From Neoechinorhynchus agilis (Eukaryota; Animalia; Acanthocephala): 64,000 nucleotides of DNA. Of this stretch, positions 22,312 through 35,487 are shown piece by piece. How positions within the stretch are numbered: position 1 is the stretch's first letter; every line of letters begins with the position of its first letter. The position numbers and the translations under genes are program-made. Below the pieces are notes generated by a model. That model had not been told where the DNA came from. It worked only from the letters and a program-made list of their open reading frames with translations, and made no database searches. The stretch lies in contig CM121341.1 in assembly GCA_051530055.1 (NCBI GenBank), positions 6,550,784 to 6,614,783 on the forward strand, in the 5' to 3' direction.

Positions 22312-23036
22312 TGTTAAAAGATTTTCGACAAACGAGTTTAAGTGTAGGTTTTAATACTCACGATTTTATGTCATAAATAGTCTTTGTATTCAAAAAAAAC
22401 ACCTTCAAGGTAATCTTTCAAAAAGGCCCCTGTCAACAATGACTCATTTGGATTTAAAAAAGCCAGAAATTGGACAAAATCCCCGCTATTGAAACTGTCT
22501 TCATGGGTCGACTGAGTATGTGAATCAAAAGCAAGTAAAATTAACTTATAAAGAACTGTATACGATCCGAATTCAGTGAGAAAATATCTCACATTAATGG
22601 TTAAGAATGCGATAGTTTTAAGAATACTTTTTTATCCGCGTGTAGCACATATAAAACTTCGTTTTCAAATCGCATAATCAACATATCTCGTTTGTTTCCA
22701 ATGACTCGATTTGCACACTATGTTTACAATTTAAAGTTAATCTTATTTTTTATTGCTTAACGCACAAGGGCTTTGGGCAAATGAATGCGACAGTTTTATT
22801 GTCTGCCTTCGAATTGTCTCACATTATGTTTATGTGGACTAGGATAAAATTCGAATTATCTTAAGGTCATTTTTGCATATTTACGGGCACTTCGGGGTTG
22901 AGTACACCTTGCTATTTCTAGTCGTTCAAATAAGTTCGTATTGTAGAAGCTAAGTCTTAGCTGATGTTTCTTTATTATGCTTTTAGTTGAATTAACACTA
23001 AAAACCTCGTACCACGCACATTAACGGTCTAAATAT

Positions 23037-23834
23037 TTAATCCAAGTTGAGGGCATCGAATTTCTCTTTGATTCCAAGAGAGATCATTAATTGCTCCATA
23101 GCTTCAACACATATACTGGCTGAGAATGGTTGTCTCTTTTTGTTGCATTCCATGTGATCGGGACAGTAGGACAAGAACGGAACATTAACTCTTTTGCATC
23201 CCTCGGTGCAACACATCGATTTCGCCGTCTTACTTGAACTTAAGTCGTTCCTTTTTATTTTCGTTCTTGCTTTAATTCTCTTGAATAGCTCTTCCTTCTT
23301 CTTGGATGTCTTATCAATCGCAGCCATCTTTTCGACCTCGTTTCCTTCCTTCGTGAACTCTTGGTGCATCTGTTCCACAATTCTCACAAAAGTTTCCGAT
23401 CTAATCTTAGACTTAAATCCTGGATCTAGGAACATCCGCTTCTTAGAAGGCTCGACTTCTTTATACTCGCTGTGTGCCGTTGTCTTCGAATTAAAATCAC
23501 CGGGTTTTATATCATCAAGTGCATCGTGGTCGTACTGCTCTTTTCTTAATGGATGTTGCCCCAATGCCTCCATAGTCCATTTGATCATTTTCCCAAAAAC
23601 TGAATACCTCTGATTTCTATCAAGATCTCAAGTAAACTCGTATCGATCGTTGAGTATCGTTAAAAAATGGGTCGTAATTTTCCTCGATTCGCTATCACGT
23701 GTATGTTGTGTTTTAAGAAAACACTTCAACAAGTTTTGTATTTGTAACACAATATCATATTTCAATTGTTCAAGTATCTCTCTCATAGATGATGTGCTCA
23801 TTTCAGTTGAGTCTTTTTGTCGTACTAAGAACAC
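23037..23834 (-). CDS. Protein with zf-C3Hc3H-like domain (KANSL2/INO80D-like); 5' exons unresolved
   Basis: CCTEGCKRVNVPFLSYCPDHMECNKKRQPF fits C-x4-C-x4-P-x3-YC-x2-H-x8-F; the two ORFs are in the same frame, separated by one TGA at 23628-23630. Confidence 0.45.
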
Positions 23835-26382
23835 CTTTGTTAATTATTTCCCATGATCATGGAAGGAAATCTTTCAAAAAATTAAGGCTTTAAAAGCATT
23901 GTCGACCTAAAGTACTTTAATGGAGCCGAACATGAAATGATAGAGTTGGATATGTGTTGATCATAATCCAAACAACGGATAAAACGCATATTTTATTTAC
24001 ATATTTCGAAAGAGGAAGCCTTGCGTCCAGGACTGCTACTTTCAAGTCTTATAAGATATTTTGAATTCGGAATCACTCGTTTTCACGCAAACGAAAAGCT
24101 TTCAAATTTTCATACTCATTAGGCGATATTAAAAGTCCACATTGTTTAGTAATTCTTAGAACCTAAAGATGCACCCGTGTTAATAATTTAAAATCTTTAG
24201 ACATTTTCGCTTCTGTCCTGATTCGTGTTGATATTTGTAACCTTTTTTTATGTGCTGAACCCGAAAAATAATTCTAATGAGTAACCAAACACACTGTATA
24301 GTTAGAAGATATTGTTTTTATAATCGATTCGTTTGCGATCGATCTCATTTCTTTATGCAATTTAGTGCTTTTTTCATACCTTTATCTTACTCTTAAATGG
24401 CATTTTCGACATAAAAACCTTCTAATTGTATGTAAAGTTCCTTTTTTGCGGATTATGAGAATGCGCAAACCCTCGTGGAAATCAAAGGTCCATTCTCGTT
24501 CAAATGTATTGGATTTTGGTACTTAGCACTACCTTTTGTTTTGTTGTTTTTAGCACGGAAATGTGACTATTATTTTTTCATGCGACAAAGATTGGGCGAA
24601 TAAGCTTAGTAGAATTTATGGAAACTATCGAAACGGAGAAAACACTTACCACATTGGCATATATTAAGAAATCTTTATTCCTAACAGCGGTTGCTTTCCT
24701 CCTAAGTTAAAAGAAAGGCGTAAATGTAAACGCTCGCGACCTCATGGTCACGAGTAAATTGCAATCATAATCGTCGCTTAGTGATTCAGTGTGTTTCTAA
24801 GAAATGAAATCGATTATGAGTATTATTTGGTAGTGAGTTCTTTAGAGAAAAACCAAAGTTGTTGTTAGAATGGCCCATGCAGCATTTTCGCTCTACATTA
24901 TAAAATCTCATGCCATTGAGACAATTTGTGCCATCGGACCAACACCGCTCGCAACAACAACAAAGGATTCAGGGGCAAACTATTTTTATCCGAGAGTTAC
25001 CTGCTCTTATTCAGAAAGAGAATGAATACTAGGATAAAGATGTTCCTCGGTTCGAATCGGAACTTTATAAATTGAAAAAACTTCATTTTCCACATAAGCG
25101 AATTCCCACACACAAAACATAATGGTATTGTATGATTGATGTGTTAAGCAATGGTTTTTCTTGTTCGTCTGTATTTGTAGAATGTCTATGACAGCAAAAA
25201 TGAGTATAGACTGAACGTTCAAAGATTTTTTTGTATAAACACAATTTCCGAGCTGAGATATTAAACGGTTCTCGGTTACACCATCAGACGGATTCCTTCA
25301 AGCGGAAACAAGTGCTTATCATGGCTGGAAATGGGTTTTTTTATGTGATATGAAAAGTGTTAATTGATTTTTGTAGAAGTCTACAAACGTACGCTTTCCG
25401 TTTCTCGTTTGCACCATCTTCATAATTTGGTGAGTATTTGAGACTGATCGTCACTGTGCATCCAGAAAATCGGACAAACCGCATTTCCGGGGCTGAAGAG
25501 AGCGGGTGAGGGGGGTGGGAATGTGCATCAGTCTTCGGGAACGCTCATTGTCTCTCAGCGAAAGCAAGAAGGAATTCGGCGCCTCAGGAACATGATGAGC
25601 ATCGAGCACGTCTATAGCTATTATTGACGAGCGGAATAAGTTAAATAAAATGTTCTCTACATCAGACGCACAAGTTGCTCATACACAGAAAATGATTCAG
25701 ATGCAGTCCTGAGCACGAGACTGTGCCACAATCACGAATAGTGTTTTTGTTGATTTAATCTATGCCACATCAGGTTAGTCTTAGAACTGTGCTTTGGAGC
25801 TAAATGCCGATTCCCATGGTGAAAAGGAGTGAACGGACGCCAGACTTGGAATAACTTTTCTGAATTCCTCTCAGGCTAACGCTGTCCTTGCTTTGGTGTG
25901 ATGCTAACATTTAAAACGACAAGTACCGAAAATTTAATTTATTGTTTCATCGTGCAGGTACCAGCTTGAAACACCACGATCCCATTACAGGACTCTTTAA
26001 AGGTCGAGAAACTGTTATGTAAAAATGAAGATTGCCGCTCGAACAAAAGCGAAAGCGTGGCATTGTATTTACATTGCCTACAACAAATGGTTCAAAATAT
26101 TACAAACGTATGAAATCTATACGCTAAAATTTTGAGTTTTGACTTTCTAACTGAAAAAAAAGGTCGTTGATGTATCAGAGAATAATGATTTCGAACTCAA
26201 AAAGTCACTTAAAGTAGTCACTGCGGAACTTAAAAAAGCGTTAGACTACTTTAATTGCAATGGACATTTGAGTCTAAAGGGAACTAAAATCCTAGAGGGA
26301 TCTACCAGTTAGTTCGTTTAATTTTCATGGAGTCCATCGATATATCCAAAAACGCGTTCTAGTTATTCTAAATGCTGTCACA

Positions 26383-29300
26383 ATGCTGCTCATATCTCTG
26401 GACAAAAGCAAAATTCGAGAAGTTCAAAGAAAGTTCAAATCCGTTGTTAAACACTTTACGATTATGGACGCGGTGGACACAGATGCTTCTATGAGGATAT
26501 TCGTGAAGGTGGGTTCAACTTCTGCTATCATCGAGATAGCTGGTATTTTTCTAACCATGCCCATTTGAGTTTTTTATTCGCTCTAATGCCCTTTGATCAC
26601 TTTATTGAAGCTTTCGTAGAAAATCAAACTTGCTTGCAATATCCATGAACCATTGACGCGTACCGTTTTTAATTTTCAACCCTTTAAATACGCTTAAGAT
26701 TGCTTTAGTGTGTACTATTGATTGTTTCTTCATTAGAATTAGGTGAGACGTTCTTTAGTTTATCTCGCGAGAGCATATTTTACAATATAAATTCTTTAAT
26801 TTCAGAATCTGTTGCCACAAGTGGAAGCATGCGTAAAATTAATCAAGGAGACAATGAACACATCTACATCTCAGATATTCCACGAAATCCTTGATGGCGT
26901 TATGCAGAAATTCAAAGACAAATGCTTACGATTAAAGACCAATATCGACTCATTGTGCTCCGAACATGAACTTGATTGCCCGCAAAGATTATCAGGTGAA
27001 ATCATGTTGTTACTATATTTCGAAGTAATTCTGCCTGTACTGGAATAGTTCCGCCAATGCAGCGACAAATGTGCTCGGCGCTGATTTTGAAGAATTTTGA
27101 AAGAGAAACGTTAAGAATGATGGATGCCGCTTCAATGGTTCTTAAAACGGAAAGTTATTGGCCTGATGGATGCAATGTGGCTATGGCCCACTCTACTTTG
27201 GTATTGTCGCAACTTCTATTCCTTCCCCAAATAAAACTACAAACAGCAATATATCACATTGGGGATTAATGTCCAAACGTTGGAACTTGATCTGAGCAAA
27301 ACGCTTACAGATGAACTTATAAAAATGATTTTACTGCGTTCAACCAGCTTAATCGACAATGCAATGAGAAGGAGCGATGGAACTGAATCCACTGAGACGT
27401 ATTTGGCTCTATTAAAAACCAAATACAATACTTGTGTTGAAATTTTTGAAGGATCGGACTATGCGGAATGCCGGGTAAGCATTCCTTAGATTGAAGTTAA
27501 TTTGAATCTCATTAATTGTTAGAAATCATCTTTTAAGAGGGGACAGCCGGCAGCTGGAATGCTTCTTAATCGATTAATAGATTATGCCAATCACCTGTCG
27601 CAAATTAAGCCGCTTATTGATGACTTAGAGAGCGACGATGAAGGTTCAGTGCTAAGACGGGGTTGGGAAGATGGAATTGAACCAACGATTCGTGGAAAGT
27701 TCGTGCAGCTAAAGGTCTGCTTAAGCATCCCGCAATATTTTGAAGAAGGTACTCAAGGAATTTGTGTTGACTGAGAATGTTCCCACGTAAGCGTTCAGGT
27801 CTTAAATTGGTCGAAATATTGCTCCGACAAGCTGGACAAGTTCTCGAGATTTGTGATAATCTCTACAGGCGTCAGCTTGCTACTCTAATCGACGGTTGCT
27901 GCATTTTTCTAAAGAAAATAAAAGGGACGAACAAACTAACGGTAAATTTGACACCACAATGTTGTTGTACTTTAGTCTTAGAGTACTGTCCATAGCCTCG
28001 CCAATTTAACGAGTTGAGTGCTAAGATCGAAGAAACGATGGAATGTGCTGAGACTGCATTATTGTACAACTCGACGCGAGTTCTTAAAGATCCATCTGAT
28101 CCTATTCTGAGAATATCTCGAGCCTGCTTAATTCCTCTCGGTTAGATAGTAAACACAATAAAGAATACAGGACGATTTAATATTGTTCAGGTGATGCGTC
28201 TGGGACCATAGCGCTGACGGGAGCCATTAATTCATTTCAGAAACATGCGATTGAATTTTGTCGGGTGATAAAGTACTTAGCTCTTATAAGTGAGGACCAA
28301 GGAAAGGCGAATGTTGTACGGATATGCCGATTGGTCCGAGAGGTTCACACTTGCTTCTATTTCTCGTATATAAAGAACAATGCTTAGATCGAGGACATCT
28401 ACCCGCTGGTAATTTCAGCAGCAAAACTCCATCACCAAAATCGAACGAACGAAGTGTTGGGTATATTCTTTAATGAACTTAAGGCGGATTACATGAGAGT
28501 TGTTGAGGAGGCTACGTTTAGATTAGAAGAGGCTATCCCTCCGCTCAAAACAATTTGTGCAATAGGTGAGTTTACTCAGCACTTTTTAGACTTAATCTCT
28601 TATCAGTTGGTATACAAAGGCTAGGCTCTTCCCCAACATATGCCCCGGAGCTCATTGAAGTAAATTGGAGATACGAAAAAATTACACCCAAGTATACGAT
28701 TAAAAACTCATGTATTTCTTTTGGTAGTTATAACACCCCGGATTTAAATTGATTAATTTATTTCCGATGTTTGACCTAGCATAATTCCGACATTATCAAG
28801 GGAGACGTAAAATATCGCAAATAAATTAGTCAGGTTAAATCCGGTGAACGGTGTTATAACTAAAAAAAATAAAGTATTCCCCCCCTTCGTCGAAGACAAT
28901 AATCGAAGACATTATATATTCCATTCGCAGAATGTCAATCAGCTACCGGAAGAGCGATCATCTTCTGTTGCACTATTAATTTACATGAAATTTCTGGAGC
29001 ATTTTCACTTTATTCGTAGGCTGTTAAAACAGCCGTCACTACGAAGGACCATTGTGAATGACAGGGGAGATTAATAAATGAAAAAATCAAATATTTTTTA
29101 AATATTTCGTTCTTAAAAATTCCACTTTGGCCGCCGATGAAAAACCCCAGCATAAGTGCGTTGCGGCTACTGCGGTTTCTAAATATTTCTGCATTTTTAG
29201 AAGAAGCGATTATTAACGACCTACAAGAAATCGAAAAGTCTATAGCTGATCGCGAATGCTTTTCGATTGTATCCTACGCAGCGACTGCAAGGAAACACGC

Positions 29301-30351
29301 TTACCGCTTGAGCACTCTGGTCTACCGAGAGAGTAGATGTGCTCGAGGAATGCGAACGGTAATGCAACTTCGAACACTAGTTGGTGATATAAACGAAGGT
29401 TAGAATCAACTTGTTAATTGTTAAAGATTTGAATAAATGGATATAGTCGCCAATAGCTTGGAAAGTAAGACAAAAAGCATCGCCCCACGGCTCGATGATT
29501 CAAAGCTGCGAGCCGAGCTCCGAGAGATCGGTTCCAAGGTTTTGTCGCCATTACGTAAAAATGTTATTTGAATAAATAATCCAGTTGTCGGACTCATTGA
29601 CGAGATCAAAGGAGATGTTTGAGCAAAACGAGATGCAGACACAAAAATGTTTGAAAGAAGAATACGATTGTAGATCTGAGTTATTGTCGATTTGTCTAAT
29701 AAGGTTAATACCGGGTGGTTGCGATATTTCTATTCAGGTAAATTCGTTAATGAAACGTACTTTTGAACAAGTTTCCCTCACAGATGGCTGCTCGAAAATT
29801 AATGATAAATATTGGGGAATTTTGTTCAAAGTCGAACAACCTAATTTACATTAGCTGGGAATTTATTGGAGCACTTGACGAGCTTTCTAATTGGCGATCG
29901 TCGGATCCAATGAGATTTATAGAAACAAAGGATAAAATTAGGGAGACGTTGTCTGAGATTATCTCAATAGTTAACACTGTAGAGGTTGAGTGCAGTAATG
30001 ACTACTATGTGAAGGTATATCTTGATCGCCCTTTTGTTTCTTCTTACAGATTTTAGAACATCTCGCTCCTGCGTTCAATGCTAGCTTCATTTTCAGCTCA
30101 ATTACAGACATTGATCATTATGCGAATATGTAGGCTTAATGATATGGGTTTGTACGGGGGTTGAATTTTTTAGTATCGATTTTCATACATCTTCAATAGT
30201 TGCCGTTATCGGAGATTACAAACAAGCCATGAGAACCTTGACTCACCATGCAGCGGATGTCGTGAGCGAGCTTATAGCCTGCTGCCGACGAGCATCACCT
30301 TATTGTGACGGTCAATCGACTCTAAAATGGAGAAAACATTGTAGAGAATAA
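26383..30351 (+). CDS. Divergent alpha-catenin/vinculin-family protein, many exons (5' end uncertain)
   Basis: Successive exons align by eye with the alpha-catenin M domain (KHAIEFCRV...IS...VVR; IEDIYPLVISAA; EEAIINDL...A..AR..AYRL..LV..E) and tail (AMRTLTHHAADVVSELIACCRRAS*). Confidence 0.7.
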
Positions 30352-30525
30352 ATATTGCCAAGACTGTAATTTTGCTGAAAAATTATAGCTTTAAGTTTTT
30401 ATTCGCGTTTATGCGGATTTAGAAATGTGTGAACTTCGTTGCTAAAATCCAAAATTCAGTTTCTACGGCAACTGGATCTGTATTAGAACCACGAATCGAT
30501 TTTCTCCAGCTTTGAGGTGCAAGGA

Positions 30526-31591
30526 ATGTACGCTGGTATGTGGGCCATATATTTTCTATCACTCGATTTCGTAAAAGCTATGGATATCAAAAGTTGCAAT
30601 GGACAACAGTTGAACGCCTACTTTGTAATAACAGTTCCAAAGAGTTCCTTGAATACAGCAGTAAGCATGGTAGCGAACATTGATTCGCAGTCATTAAACC
30701 GAAGGACTGTAAATCTTTGTCATAAGAAGACATCTTCAAGAATCTGGGTTACCGACCGGAAGTGGCCAACGAGTATCAATTTTATACCACAGCTCAACAT
30801 TTGACATTTTGCAAATGGATGGATATTTGGCCTATTTGAAGCTGACTGAATCGCTAGGCAAGATACTGAAATTCCTGGACGATTTGGAATTGTTCCACAA
30901 AGGACAAATACCTGATAATCCCGACATAAAATTTACCGGAAAACAATATAGTCAGCTGAATATATTAGCACTAATTCTTCAAGGAGGCGACTATAACAGT
31001 AAACATCACAATCTTTTCGTCTATATCAGCGAAGGTATTCCGACTGGTCTTCTCGTAGGCAATGAAGATTACAGTAGCAGACGAGATGTTTTTCTACGTA
31101 TTAATCAGAATAGTGATGGACGATCTGAATTTCATTGTGTGTTAGCTAATGGTTCGCACGTGGATCTGTGCATTATTTTGGGCATACCAATAGATAAACT
31201 TGATGTACCTGCGAAGATGATAGTAAAAAGTAGCAGAACTTTTGTTGAATTGCTAAATTTTCGAGAAGATCTCATCGATGTAGACCTAGAGACGCGGATG
31301 ATTCTTCGATACTACGATTCAAGAGTCAGTTCGCCTGATCAGCTCCTTCTGTTAAAACCAGAAGCATCACTACCTGAGAATCGAGAACAAATACCCATCC
31401 TGAGGCTTTGTGACAACTTAGCCGCAAATGTTTCCGATCGAAATTCTAGTGATTCTACCATTAGTGCTGATATGGCCTATGTTGCACCGTTATCCGTGGA
31501 CTTGCCGAAAAAAAGATACCCCGTTGTCATGTTTAACATTTTGATGGCTGTCATGTCCGTATTTACTTTATTTCTGCCTTATTGCATTTAA
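30526..31591 (+). CDS. Surface protein paralog A: signal peptide, degenerate vWA-like domain, C-terminal hydrophobic (GPI/TM) tail
   Basis: SCNGQQLNAYFVI, GQRVSILYHSS and FVYISEG resemble vWA strands without an intact MIDAS; hydrophobic C-terminus; frame change near 30690-30730 solvable by a 37-40 nt GT-AG intron. Confidence 0.55.
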
Positions 31592-32291
31592 ATGAAAGTA
31601 AAGTAAATTAGTTTTTCGCCGAGAAGAAGGTAGTTTTACTATTCGGTGTCAGAAGATTCCAAATGTTTAGTAGATTGGAGATTTACTAGTTTTATAAAGA
31701 AATATATTTCGGTCCGATGTGTGATTGGGCGCAGTCGGGCCAAGCACCGCATAATTTTTATTCAAGGTTAGAAAACGTTTGATCGCAACAACGAACGATA
31801 ATTCAGAAAGGGAATGCTGGATCCATCCTCGAAGCAATGGAGGATAAAGATGTTATTCCGTTCATATCGGAAATTTTATAAAATTTTAACCTGATAAAAT
31901 ACAAGCCTTGCGCATTTTGTCTTTGCCGGATATATTCTTGACCTTTTGTTGATTTTAATCGCCGCTTAACGTTATTGACAATACACCAAACGGTGGTCGT
32001 TATTTTTTAGGTTCTGTCGATCTTATACAAACGAATTTGAACAAATACATAAAATTTAAGGCTGCGAGCGCCTAATAGAATTGCCGATTGTGACCTTAAA
32101 AACTGGAAAAATAAAGCTTTATAATAAATCCAAAAAAAAGACGAAGGTTAATGCAGTTTTTCACAACATTTATAGACGATAAGATTTTAGGTATTCTGCC
32201 TATCAGTTACTATGGCGACTTGTTCTACTCATAATAAACTGAATATTCAAAGGTACGAATATTCAGTTTACATACTCGTTGTTCACTTTGA

Positions 32292-33692
32292 ATGTCGGTT
32301 CGTGGAGGCACTATCCAGCTCCAGATAGGCGGATGTGGTAATAGATTGGGATGCCAATATTGGTTGGCCTTATCCGAAGACCACAATATCAACATTGGAA
32401 ATGGTCTATACGATGGCAATAATAAAAGTGATGTCCTATTTGCTGATACAGCGTTCAATATAAACAAGTACGGTCAATATAGACCAAAGTGTATCCTAAT
32501 TGACAATGACAAATTGAGACTGGATGGAATATTGTCTGAAGCAGGACTTAAATCATTTTTCTGTGAAGACACAAAGGTTTTGGTCAAAGCGGACACACTG
32601 TGTTTGGATCGAGATTCTGCTGAAACTCAAATATCTATTGAGCCGATATTGGAGGTATTGAGAAAAGAATTGGAAATTAACGATTTTCCATGTGGACTTC
32701 AATTAGTTCATTCAGCGTCGGGGTCTTTTACTACCAAATGTGTCAATGCTCTATTACCAGAGATAAAGAATCATTATAATAAGAAGTTTATAATGAACGC
32801 CGTTGTCCTACCAGAAATAGAACCAGGCGGTATTGGTGGATGTAATTTTAGAATGATTCCATTGTTCGACTCACTAATTAATCATTCCGAAGGGTGTTTC
32901 CTCTACGACAACGGAGCACTCCAACTTGTTTGGCAGTCATTAAGATCCAGTGAGAATACACAATTAGATAACCTTAATCATTTGGCAGCCACTCATTTGG
33001 CAGGAATAACAGCCTCCCATCGACTTCCAGGTCCAATGAATCGATCCCTTCGCAATTTATTAAACGGAATAATCATGCTTACTGGAATGCACTTTTTCAT
33101 TCCTTCAATATCACCCATTAATTGTCTCACAGAGAAGATATGCTGCCAAGGAAATGTATTCGATTACACCAGACAATTATTTAAACTTGAAAACTCAATG
33201 CTCATCGCCAATAGGCATCCAAGTTTGATTAGGCACTATTCTGCAGCCGGTGTGTACCGTGGACCAGTTTCGCCGTTTGAAGCAAGACGCGAGCTAGAAA
33301 ATCTGATTGTGAAACGACCAGAGGTGTTCCCGGCTGAATCCGGATTCGCCTTTGAACACGCATTTGTTTCAAGTTCTGGAGATCATGGACCCTTGACTAT
33401 GACGGCTGCATTGAATTCCAATTCGTGCGCTGATCCCATTCAAAGGATAATTGAAACCTGTACTGTTAACGAAGGCAAAGTTTTGGCTAGGTATCTGGAA
33501 GCAAAAGACGAAACCGAAAAAGCAGAGTTTCAAAATCAGGAAAATAGTTTGAGAAACATTGTTGATCTTTATCAGAAGGATGCCCTGAGCATGTACGAAA
33601 GTGCAAAATCTGATGAAGGAAATACTAAGATTAAATTGAACAAAGTGGAAGAGTCTGATCAATATTTAGATTCTGACAATCTCGAACAGTAG
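32292..33692 (+). CDS. Highly divergent intronless tubulin (closest to beta by eye), lacking the GGGTGSG motif
   Basis: QIGGCGNRLG..YW..LS.DH.I, Y.PKCILID, GLQLVHS, DNGAL, LNHL..THLAGIT..HRLPG.MN..LR and MHFF align across the tubulin fold. Confidence 0.9.
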   Translation: MSVRGGTIQLQIGGCGNRLGCQYWLALSEDHNINIGNGLYDGNNKSDVLFADTAFNINKYGQYRPKCILIDNDKLRLDGILSEAGLKSFFCEDTKVLVKADTLCLDRDSAETQISIEPILEVLRKELEINDFPCGLQLVHSASGSFTTKCVNALLPEIKNHYNKKFIMNAVVLPEIEPGGIGGCNFRMIPLFDSLINHSEGCFLYDNGALQLVWQSLRSSENTQLDNLNHLAATHLAGITASHRLPGPMNRSLRNLLNGIIMLTGMHFFIPSISPINCLTEKICCQGNVFDYTRQLFKLENSMLIANRHPSLIRHYSAAGVYRGPVSPFEARRELENLIVKRPEVFPAESGFAFEHAFVSSSGDHGPLTMTAALNSNSCADPIQRIIETCTVNEGKVLARYLEAKDETEKAEFQNQENSLRNIVDLYQKDALSMYESAKSDEGNTKIKLNKVEESDQYLDSDNLEQ

Positions 33693-35487
33693 CGTGTTTT
33701 TAAATTAAAATGAATCTGCGTTTAAAGGAATTCATTTATATTGTTTTTCTTCGCGTACGATAAATAAAAAAATTCGCATAACTTCCGAACAACATTTTCA
33801 GTGATTCTGGCGAAAATGAGGACCACCGAATCATTTTACTTTCTGTGTTCTACATTTTTTGCCTTTGGCAATGCCGTTCGTGCGAGATTTTTGGCAAAAG
33901 TTTTAGTAATCTCGAACAGTAGCGTGCTTTTAAATTAAAATGAATCTGCGTTTAAAGGAATTCATTTATATTGTTTTTCTTCGCGTACGATAAATAAAAA
34001 AATTCGCATAACTTCGAACAACATTTTCAGTGATTCTGGCGAAAATGAGGACCACCGAATCATTTTACTTTCTGTGTTCTACATTTTTTGCCTTTGGCAA
34101 TGCCGTTCGTGCGAGATTTTTGGCAAAAGTTTTAGTAATCTCGAACAGTAGCGTGCTTTTAAATTAAAATGAATCTGCGTTTAAAGGAATTCATTTATAT
34201 TGTTTTTCTTCGCGTACGATAAATAAAAAAATTCGCATAACTCCGAACAACATTTTCAGTGATTCTGGCGAAAATGAGGACCACCGAATCATTTTACTTT
34301 CTGTGTTCTACATTTTTTGCCTTTGGCAATGCCGTTCGTGCGAGATTTTTGGCAAAAGTTTTAGTAATCTCGAACAGTAGCGTGCTTTTAAATTAAATGA
34401 ATCTGCGTTTAAAGGAATTCATTTATATTGTTTCTTCGCGTACGATAAATAAAAAAATTCGCATAACTTCGAACAACATTTTCAGTGATTCTGGCGAAAA
34501 TGAGGACCACCGAATCATTTTACTTTCTGTGTTCTACATTTTTTGCCTTTGGCAATGCCGTTCGTGCGAATTTTTGGCAAAAGTTTTAGTAATCTCGAAC
34601 AGTAGCGTGTTTTAAATTAAAATGAATCTGCGTTTAAAGGAATTCATTTATATTGTTTTTCTTCGCGTACGATAAATAAAAAAATTCGCATAACTCCGAA
34701 CAACATTTTCAGTGATTCTGGCGAAAATGAGGACCACCGAATCATTTTACTTTCTGTGTTCTACATTTTTTGCCTTTGGCAATGCCGTTCGTGCGAGATT
34801 TTTGGCAAAAGTTTTAGTAATCTCGAACAGTAGCGTGCTTTTAAATTAAAATGAATCTGCGTTTAAAGGAATTCATTTATATTGTTTTTCTTCGCGTACG
34901 ATAAATAAAAAAATTCGCATAACTCGAACAACATTTTCAGTGATTCTGGCGAAAATGAGGACACGAATCATTTTACTTTCTGTGTTCTACATTTTTGCCT
35001 TTGGCATGCGTTCGTGCGAGATTTTTGGCAAAAGTTTTAGTAATCTCGAACAGTAGCGTGTTTTAAATTAAAATGAATCTGCGTTTAAAGGAATTCATTT
35101 ATATTGTTTTTCTTCGCGTACGATAAATAAAAAAATTCGCATAATCGAACAACATTTTCAGTGATTCTGGCGAAAATGAGGACACGAATCATTTTACTTT
35201 CTGTTTTTTTTTGCCTTTGGCAATGCCGTTCGTGCGAGATTTTTGGCAAAAGTTTTAGTAATCTCGAACAGTAGCGTGTTTTAAATTAAAATGAATCTGC
35301 GTTTAAAGGAATTCATTTATATTGTTTTTCTTCGCGTACGATAAATAAAAAAATTCGCATAACTCCGAACAACATTTTCAGTGATTCTGGCGAAAATGAG
35401 GACCACCGAATCATTTTACTTTCTGTGTTCTACATTTTTTGCCTTTGGCAATGCCGTTCGTGCGAGATTTTTGGCAAAAGTTTTAGT
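33679..35487. repeat. Tandem array, about 229-bp unit, 8 copies, comprising the tubulin stop codon and 3' flank
   Basis: ATCTCGAACAGTAG at 33679, 33909, 34138, 34367, 34592, 34820, 35043 and 35261; units differ mainly by small indels. Confidence 0.97.

Noticed and set aside
23628-23630. Selenocysteine or alternative genetic code at the in-frame UGA
   Set aside because: Other genes here terminate normally at TAA, TAG and TGA; no SECIS noticed; intron solutions exist.
24960-25630. Exon-like segments with good splice signals on the plus strand
   Set aside because: I could not assemble a consistent frame or recognise a family; a gene may exist but is not supportable by eye.
30690-30810. Programmed +1 frameshift in both vWA-like paralogs
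   Set aside because: No known shift motif, and a 37-40 nt GT-AG intron restores the frame.
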